The notes below the pieces were generated by a model. It was not told where the DNA came from. It searched no databases and worked only from the letters and a program-made list of their open reading frames with translations. DNA of 5,170 nucleotides from IMG/VR virus record IMGVR_UViG_2529293043_000022, one strand, 5' to 3'. This document shows, one piece after another, positions 1 through 5,170 of the stretch; positions within the stretch are counted from its first letter, which is position 1; each line of letters starts with the position of its first letter. Position numbers and translations under genes: made by a program. Source of the DNA: a virus (taxonomy: Duplodnaviria > Heunggongvirae > Uroviricota > Caudoviricetes).

Positions 1-623
<623 letters not shown>

Positions 624-626
<3 letters not shown>

Positions 627-1868
627 TTCTGCCATTGCGCAAGATGGTTGCGGTTTTTCTTCATCATTTTCTTCTTCTGTTTCCTGCTTAGCAGACAGTT
701 CGCGGTTAACTTCTTCCAGGATATCTTTTTCCGGTGTATGTCGTGCAGCAGTGAGAGTTTCCTTGCTGGGGTTCTCGTGATCAGTCTCCGTTAAGTAGGC
801 GTTGATATACCCCTGAAGGCGTCCCGGGTAGTGATAAAACTCAGGGTGAGCGCTCCGGATAAGTGCAAAAATAGCGGCGCGGGAATAGTCCAGAATACCC
901 GGGGTTGCGCGAAGTGCTGCGGACCATTCTTTGAACGGACTTTCTCTTTTCAGGACGATTTCTTTTGCGCGACGATAAACGCTGCCCGGAATTTCATAAA
1001 TATTAAAATCCATCGGAAGTGTGGCTGCTGCAATCTCCACATCCAGCGTATCGAAGGTGTGTACTAAATTCGGATTGCGATCGGTTTTGTTCCCGCCACC
1101 GGCATTTGCACCGGAAGCCGTACGGGTGATACGCGAAACACGATTTCCTTTCATCCACTCTTTTGTCAGCAGACCCCGATCAGTGTAGTCAGCGTCCAGG
1201 TATGCCTCGAAAAAAGCAGTTATCAGTCCCAGGTCTGAATTACCGGGATTAGGGAAAACTTTGTCAGTGTCGCGTACCAGTTTGTGAAGGTCGCGAATCT
1301 CCAGCGGGTCGAGCAGCTTTGTTTTGTGAGAAATGGCCAAGGCAGTAACAGCCGGCAGTTCTTCCGCCCGTGCTATATGTAATGCCTGAAGTTCTTCCCG
1401 TGCAACGTGCGTTACTGGTTTTTCGCTGCCGTGTTGCGCAAGCCAGCGAATGGGCAGCTCCTGACCAGAAACCGGCAGGAGCATATTCTCCTCAATCTCC
1501 GTCATGTCTTCGCCGTTGACGTTGGTATTGTCAGTACTGGCTGGTTTCTCCTGCACGGAGGGAGAGGGCGCGATAAATACCATTGTAATGCCATCTTCCC
1601 CGCCTTTTTCGTATCGGTTGCAGAATTCGGTATCAAACACGCCTTCAGGTGGAAGGTCATTCACAACGGGTAAATGGACGCGAACGGGTTTTTTAAAGTC
1701 GTCTTCATCATAATCGTTGTCATCCATTGCGGTAATGCAGCGGGAGATGGCAACAGATAATTTTTTTGCTGTAGTCCAGTAAAAACCACCTTTAATTCCC
1801 AGACGTTTTCTGACTTTGTCATTTTTTGCTTCGCAATATAGCGCAAATTCTTCTTTATCAGTGCTCAT
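624..1868 (-). CDS. Hypothetical protein, 414 aa, family not recognised; possibly 3'-truncated by the IS
   Basis: Long uninterrupted ORF with ATG at 1868..1866 preceded by GAGG with a 7-nt spacer (minus-strand sense TAATGAGGTTTATCAATG). Contains a glycine-rich segment SGANAGGGNKTDRN and an acidic C-terminal tail. No Walker A, RT (YxDD), Fic or HTH motif seen by eye. Confidence 0.8.
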
Positions 1869-1960
1869 TGATAAACCTCATTACAGATTTAAGGGTGAAC
1901 AAATCCCTGCCATTGCTGGCATTTTTAATCCGTTGGTATGGTGTTAATATGGCTGGAGGG

Positions 1961-2149
1961 TTATCCAGCCGGTGTTTCGTTATTCAGGTACAGCGATACT
2001 TTTTTTACCGGGAGGCATTCACCAGAAATTTTTTGCTCGTCTCTTGCCTGGAGGCAGGATTCTTTACTGGCATAAATTCCGGTAATCACATTCTGTGATT
2101 CACCCGTTATAAGAAAAACCGTCATCATCAGTGCAAATGCTGAAGTCAT
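1961..2149 (-). CDS. Small hypothetical protein, 62 aa, hydrophobic N-terminus and two Cys
   Basis: ATG at 2149..2147 preceded by GGAG with a 7-nt spacer; its ATG overlaps the stop of the upstream ORF as ATGA, indicating translational coupling. The N-terminus MTSAFALMMTVFLITG is hydrophobic, suggesting a membrane or secreted small protein. Confidence 0.5.
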   Translation of the reverse strand: MTSAFALMMTVFLITGESQNVITGIYASKESCLQARDEQKISGECLPVKKVSLYLNNETPAG

Positions 2150-2334
2150 TGACGTTCTCCGAAAATACCAAGTTCAAGAAGAGCAATTCGGGAAAGTATG
2201 GAATTATCATTGAGCAGATAAGGCTCATATTTCCTCATGTTAATGGCATCTTCAGTAAACTCCCGGTTACTGAGCAGAACACCAATATCAAAACAACCTT
2301 CAGACGTATTAACGTTTGGTAATAACGTTTCCAT
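2146..2334 (-). CDS. Small hypothetical protein, 62 aa (alternative GTG start at 2439 would give 97 aa)
   Basis: ATG at 2334..2332 preceded by GAGG with an 8-nt spacer (minus-strand sense GAGGACGCGATAATG). Its stop TGA at 2148..2146 overlaps the ATG of the next ORF. The GTG at 2439 used by the ORF track has no Shine-Dalgarno sequence. Confidence 0.45.
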   Translation of the reverse strand: METLLPNVNTSEGCFDIGVLLSNREFTEDAINMRKYEPYLLNDNSILSRIALLELGIFGERQ

Positions 2335-2349
2335 TATCGCGTCCTCAAC

Positions 2350-2370
2350 AATGAATTTTGTGATGCAGTG
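2350..2370. repeat. Left copy of a 21-bp imperfect inverted repeat (19/21 match to the reverse complement of 2481..2501)
   Basis: Plus strand aatgaattttgtgatgcagtg; the reverse complement of 2481..2501 is agtgaattttgtgatgcggtg. Lies 4 nt upstream of the Shine-Dalgarno of the 2334 ORF. Confidence 0.7.
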
Positions 2371-2389
2371 CCTGGTGCCTCCAGGTGAC

Positions 2390-2410
2390 GTTAACCAGTT
2401 AACAATTAAC
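2390..2410. repeat. Three tandem (G)TTAAC motifs at 8-bp period; possible protein-binding site
   Basis: GTTAACcaGTTAACaaTTAAC read directly from the sequence; lies inside the segment bounded by the inverted repeat and next to a CCTGG-tgcct-CCAGG hairpin at 2371..2385. Confidence 0.4.
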
Positions 2411-2480
2411 GCCGGATACAGAGAATCCACCCATAACACTGTTTTTGGTTTTAACTGTTCCGCGTGCGCTTAGCCGCATT

Positions 2481-2501
2481 CACCGCATCACAAAATTCAC
2501 T
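2481..2501. repeat. Right copy of the 21-bp inverted repeat
   Basis: Plus strand caccgcatcacaaaattcact. The pair encloses 110 bp (2371..2480). Confidence 0.7.
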
Positions 2502-2838
2502 TTAAAAAGGGCGGCAGAGCAGCCACGGAGTAAAACTGATACCGCCAAACGTCACCAGAAAATTGATAACAGAGGGCGTTGCAGCGGGGTTGTCACTTAA
2601 GCGTATGGTCAACCTGACAACCCGGTGTCCTCAATGGGGAAGGAATAACCCCGCCATACTTACCGCCGCGCCATTTCGCGGAGTGCCACAACCGGAAGCG
2701 CACGTTCGAAGAAATCTAACGACAAGCCTTCTAAGGGAAAGAGCTTCGCCGTACGCTTTCGCGTTATGCACTGACTTTTCAGGGAAATATCCTTTCAGTA
2801 AACTGTCAGTACCGGATTCTTATCCGTGTCCGGCGCAC

Positions 2839-2872
2839 GACCACACGTGACAGCGTGTTGGTCTCCATTTTT
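2839..2872 (+). terminator. Candidate weak intrinsic terminator or attenuator hairpin on the plus strand
   Basis: Stem gaccacacg / cgtgt(t)ggtc (9 bp with one bulge) and loop tgacag, followed by tccaTTTTT. The T-run is offset by 4 nt from the stem, so this is a weak call. Confidence 0.25.
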
Positions 2873-2898
2873 AACCCAGAACCTCAATGGAGGATAAA

Positions 2899-3108
2899 AT
2901 GCCAAACAAAAAAAGAAATCCGCTTATTGAAAAACAGATTGAATGCCTGGTAAATCAACTCAGGCAATCAGGGTTATTAAAAACTCATTCAGAGTTGAGG
3001 CTCACAGAATCAGCATTCGACGATAAATTAAATAATGTCCTTTATAATGGCATTATTGATTTTAATCGTTCTGTTGGTCGCCGCGGCCCTGCTGGTGTTT
3101 CCTTATAA
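2899..3108 (+). CDS. Small hypothetical protein, 69 aa as read; the C-terminal part looks off-frame (see the 3035..3145 feature)
   Basis: Strong RBS: GGAGG at 2889..2893, a 5-nt spacer, ATG at 2899. The ORF-track start at 2887 lacks a Shine-Dalgarno sequence. The last ~20 residues (GIIDFNRSVGRRGPAGVSL) look like a hydrophobic helix read out of frame. Confidence 0.5.
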   Translation: MPNKKRNPLIEKQIECLVNQLRQSGLLKTHSELRLTESAFDDKLNNVLYNGIIDFNRSVGRRGPAGVSL

Positions 3109-3145
3109 TTACCAGTCAATCCAGAGTGGACCGTGTTCAGCGTAA
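3035..3145 (+). CDS. Alternate-frame small hydrophobic ORF, 36 aa (32 aa from ATG 3047): MSFIMALLILIVLLVAAALLVFPYNYQSIQSGPCSA; either an independent membrane peptide or the displaced C-terminus of the 2899 gene
   Basis: In the +1 frame relative to the 2899 ORF the codons spell one clean transmembrane-like helix. No Shine-Dalgarno precedes ATG 3035 or 3047. It overlaps the 3' end of the convergent 216-aa gene by 37 bp. Confidence 0.3.
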   Translation: MSFIMALLILIVLLVAAALLVFPYNYQSIQSGPCSA

Positions 3146-3759
3146 ATATAACTGTACACATCCAGATTATATTTGTGGTCTGTTAAGAACAGGCCGCAAA
3201 TACATGCCGAAGCTTCCAGTGCAGCGGCTCTGTTACTGAATAACCATGTAGCAACATTCCAGCGTTTTTCTGCATCCCAGTCTTTCTCAAGGCCTGATAC
3301 CATGAAGAAACCGTTAGTGTTGCCATCAAATAATTCTGTTTCCAAATTTTTAAGCAATGCCTGATGGACTCTTGCCAGGTATTCCGCCGGAATTTCGCCA
3401 CGAATTCTGATGAGATTGTCATAAACAAACATGTTCCCCGCATATGGCGATTTTTCTTTCTTGTTTTTTAAACCAGCATCATGAGCAAACTGATCAATTT
3501 CTTCTTCCGTTGGTTTCGTATTGATGTTTTGCGCTGTCGTTTCTGCAATTTTATTTGCCACACTCTCTGAGTCGTGTTTATTTATAGACGCACAGAAATA
3601 CAATCCGGTAAACGCATCGCGCACATTACGAGCCATATTATCAGTGTCTTTTTTCGTTACCGATTCCAATTCAAGTTCGTTCAGACGATGACGAAGTGTG
3701 TGTGCTGCAATCTCCTGGATTGAAGGAGGTAAATCTTTAAATTCCATCGTCAACCTCAT
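3109..3759 (-). CDS. Hypothetical protein, 216 aa (212 aa if it starts at ATG 3747), family not recognised
   Basis: ATG at 3759..3757 overlaps the TGA of the upstream small ORF (minus-strand sense TGATG), indicating translational coupling. An alternative ATG at 3747..3745 is preceded by GAGG with a 6-nt spacer. Soluble-looking, with no motif recognised by eye. Confidence 0.75.
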   Translation of the reverse strand: MRLTMEFKDLPPSIQEIAAHTLRHRLNELELESVTKKDTDNMARNVRDAFTGLYFCASINKHDSESVANKIAETTAQNINTKPTEEEIDQFAHDAGLKNKKEKSPYAGNMFVYDNLIRIRGEIPAEYLARVHQALLKNLETELFDGNTNGFFMVSGLEKDWDAEKRWNVATWLFSNRAAALEASACICGLFLTDHKYNLDVYSYIYAEHGPLWIDW

Positions 3760-3992
3760 CAGTCAGTGTTTCTGGCTAACCAGCGACGCGCGCCAGCTTC
3801 AGTTTTAAACGTTTTGCTTTTGGTATACGTCATCGCGGTGAACGTACCGTCCTGGTTGGGGAACACGCCACATACCAGAGATTCGTTGTTGCCAAGATTG
3901 AGCGTATCCATGTTGACCTCATTTCCCCTTAACGCCGGGGTAGCGGAACAAAAACCTGCTGCATAGTTATTAAAGTTGAACCCTGCCGTCAT
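3759..3992 (-). CDS. Small protein, 77 aa from ATG 3992 or more likely 50 aa from ATG 3911; it has the size and position of the small ORFs found next to cI-like repressors in lambdoid prophages
   Basis: The internal ATG at 3911..3909 has the better RBS (minus-strand sense GAGGTCAACATG); ATG 3992 has GAGG with a 9-nt spacer. From memory only, the 50-aa form resembles Rac-prophage-type small proteins (YdaF/YdaG-like); this is unverified. Confidence 0.6.
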   Translation of the reverse strand: MTAGFNFNNYAAGFCSATPALRGNEVNMDTLNLGNNESLVCGVFPNQDGTFTAMTYTKSKTFKTEAGARRWLARNTD

Positions 3993-4090
3993 GTTCTTAC
4001 GCCTCGGGCTGGCTACTTAACCCCTGACCACTGCCTGGTAACTCGAAGTATTGCCCTGCATTCTGTGGGGCGGGGTGAGGGAATGAATGA

Positions 4091-4139
4091 AGTTTAGAAA
4101 AACGAACATTTAAGGTCAATGTTTTTTTATCAAAACATT
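4091..4139 (-). promoter_or_regulatory. Candidate sigma70 promoter for the 50/77-aa plus 216-aa operon, with an operator-like palindrome
   Basis: Minus-strand sense -35 TTGACC (4119..4114), 17-bp spacer, -10 TAAACT (4096..4091). The palindrome AATGTTTT-tttatc-AAAACATT (4118..4139) overlaps the -35 and shares the core GTTTT-N6-AAAAC with the site at 4843..4858 in the cI/cro intergenic region. Confidence 0.4.
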
Positions 4140-4203
4140 TTAAGCAGGCAGCTGTTACGCCATCACTACGATGGCATACAGTTAATCAAATAGATGAGGT
4201 TGG

Positions 4204-4842
4204 TTAAATATCTTGTTGAATTTTAAAGCATACTCCCAATATGCAAGATAGATCATCCAGCATAATTGAAGGGTAGCGAGGATTCGTGGGGACTAAAAGA
4301 ATATCCGGCCCTTCTATCTCCAGTTTGCGAATGACAGGCGTTGTGGTCCCTTTGGGTAAGGCAAGGACAATATTTCCTGGTTGTACGATTCGATCGGGAT
4401 CAACAAAAACTGTTGAACCATTTGGGATGGAAACTCCACCACCAGATGTCGACATACTGTCACTCTCTAGAACAACAGCAAAGGTATTGGCCGGGATTTC
4501 TCCGACAAGCTGCACACAAGAGGTTATTGAGGAATTTTTCATATAATCACTCCAGCTTGCTGCCTGCTGAAGTGATAGTAGCGGAACCGTTTTTATCGGC
4601 GGTAAAGATAGATCAAGCGAATCACCTGTATTTAACTCTCCTCCATTAAGAAGCCAATTTTCGTTTACTTTCAATATCTTTGCCAGTGAACTTATGTAAC
4701 GCGAGGACGGCGCTCCTCCACCGTTCATCCATTGACTTACGGAGCCTTTTGATGCGCCAGTGGCATTGACAAGGTCTTTGCCTTTCAAGTTTAGCGCATG
4801 CATACGTTGGGTTATGCGTTCAGATATTGTTTGCTTGTTCAT
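4204..4842 (-). CDS. cI: Phage CI-like repressor, 212 aa (N-terminal HTH_XRE plus C-terminal S24 LexA-type autopeptidase domain)
   Basis: The HTH region (...LVNATGASKGSVSQWMNGG...) and the S24 Ser/Lys dyad (Ser129 in ESDSM, Lys173 in VIRKL, 44 aa apart) match lambda CI and P22 C2 architecture. It is divergent from a Cro-like gene. No Shine-Dalgarno upstream; a -10-like TAAAAT sits 6 nt upstream of the ATG, so the transcript may be leaderless as with lambda PRM. Confidence 0.9.
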   Translation of the reverse strand: MNKQTISERITQRMHALNLKGKDLVNATGASKGSVSQWMNGGGAPSSRYISSLAKILKVNENWLLNGGELNTGDSLDLSLPPIKTVPLLSLQQAASWSDYMKNSSITSCVQLVGEIPANTFAVVLESDSMSTSGGGVSIPNGSTVFVDPDRIVQPGNIVLALPKGTTTPVIRKLEIEGPDILLVPTNPRYPSIMLDDLSCILGVCFKIQQDI

Positions 4843-4933
4843 GTTTTGATTTTAAAACACAGATGGTTTTGTTTCTTGACTTTCTTTGGTTTTGATTATT
4901 AAACTTTTGGCGTTCAGTTTTATGGAGCGACTC
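4843..4933. promoter_or_regulatory. Immunity-switch intergenic region: divergent promoters (PRM-like and pR-like) with two to three operator-like repeats
   Basis: Operator-like sites GTTTTGATTTTAAAAC (4843..4858) and GTTTTGATTATTAAAC (4889..4904), with a weaker GTTTTGTTTCTTGAC (4866..4880), at about 22-23 bp spacing. Plus strand: -35 TTGACT (4876..4881) with a poor -10 (TATTAA/ATTAAA, 4897..4903) and GGAG (4924..4927) before ATG 4934. Minus strand: -10 TAAAAT (reverse complement of 4849..4854) with a poor -35. Confidence 0.6.
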
Positions 4934-5170
4934 ATGAAAAAATCAGAAGTATTAGGCTATTTTGGCGGAGTTGTTAAAACAGCCGCCGCTCTAGGAACGT
5001 CAAAAACCACAGTCAGCATGTGGGGGGAAGACGTTCCGTGGAAATGGGCGTTGCTAATTCAGGCAGTCACTGCCGGGGCGCTCAAATATGAGTTACACAT
5101 ACCGACGGTTGTCATTCCCGATTCTGATCATAATCCGCCTTCTAACCAAGGGGGGATTCATGAAAAATCA
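4934..5170 (+). CDS. cro: Cro-like small regulator (P22 Cro family), 3'-partial or unusually long; runs to the window edge without a stop
   Basis: GGAG with a 6-nt spacer before ATG 4934. The N-terminal ~53 aa (MKKSEVLGYFGG...SMWGEDVP...AVTAGALKYE) resemble P22 Cro from memory (...IVTAGALKYQ...). At least 79 codons are open. A possible overlapping start for the next gene is GGGGGG-N4-ATG at 5160. Confidence 0.8.
   Translation, partial: MKKSEVLGYFGGVVKTAAALGTSKTTVSMWGEDVPWKWALLIQAVTAGALKYELHIPTVVIPDSDHNPPSNQGGIHEKS

Noticed and set aside
831-1846. ORFs 831..1067 (+), 1407..1673 (+), 1504..1713 (+) and 1661..1846 (-) inside the 414-aa gene
   Set aside because: They are nested within or antisense to a long, well-initiated ORF; they are Cys/Arg/Gly-rich with no Shine-Dalgarno, the usual signature of non-coding frames.
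2355-2370. CRP-binding site suggested by the TGTGA half-site in the inverted repeat
   Set aside because: No matching TCACA half-site at the required 6-bp spacing.
1826-2473. Plus-strand ORFs 1826..2098, 2131..2322 and 2237..2473, and the 97-aa GTG-initiated version of the minus ORF (2146..2439)
   Set aside because: The minus-strand ORFs starting at 2149 and 2334 have good Shine-Dalgarno sequences and an ATGA coupling overlap. The plus-strand ORFs and the GTG 2439 start lack an RBS.
2350-2501. Retron msr/msd ncRNA flanked by a1/a2 inverted repeats
   Set aside because: No reverse-transcriptase-like ORF (no YxDD motif) in any neighbouring gene, so the inverted repeat is reported as an unexplained structure instead.
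2563-2850. Plus-strand 95-aa ORF
   Set aside because: TTG start, no Shine-Dalgarno, and an R/P/A-rich translation with no hydrophobic core periodicity; more likely non-coding structured sequence.
2887-2898. ATG 2887 as the start of the small plus-strand gene (ORF-track start)
   Set aside because: ATG 2899 is preceded by GGAGG at the ideal 5-nt spacing, whereas 2887 has no Shine-Dalgarno sequence.
3143-3160. LexA (SOS) box suggested by CTGTACACATCCAG
   Set aside because: The spacing is CTG-N8-CAG, not the CTGT-N8-ACAG consensus, and it lies inside coding sequence.
3173-3966. ORFs 3173..3364 (+), 3183..3443 (-) and 3766..3966 (+) overlapping the 216-aa and 77-aa genes
   Set aside because: Shadow ORFs inside better-supported genes.
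3993-4090. Lambda-type nut site (boxA CGCTCTTA plus boxB hairpin) in the leader of the cI-downstream operon
   Set aside because: No boxA-like sequence found on either strand; the only hairpins there are G/C-rich stems with long loops unlike boxB.
4286-4649. ORFs 4286..4546 (+) and 4341..4649 (+) inside the repressor gene
   Set aside because: Antisense to a repressor with clear HTH and S24 signatures; no RBS.

Overview
The window holds the right-hand end of an IS3-family insertion sequence (3' part of the OrfB transposase, entering from the left edge) abutting what reads as the early-left/immunity region of a lambdoid (P22-like) prophage. Going right to left on the minus strand from the immunity switch: a CI-like repressor (4204..4842), then a translationally coupled pair of unrecognised genes (50/77 aa and 216 aa) with their own promoter and an operator-like palindrome, then a short plus-strand gene with a frame anomaly, then about 450 bp of ORF-poor structured DNA bounded by a 21-bp inverted repeat, then two coupled 62-aa ORFs and a 414-aa unrecognised protein whose stop codon lies at the likely IS terminus. 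A Cro-like gene (P22 Cro-like by recalled sequence) diverges from the repressor at the right edge. No rRNA, tRNA or CRISPR array was seen. The best candidate for an undescribed system is the 50/77-aa plus 216-aa operon in the cI-downstream position that rexAB occupies in lambda; the 62/62/414-aa operon is a second candidate. All calls rest on reading the sequence by eye and on recalled family signatures; no database search was possible.
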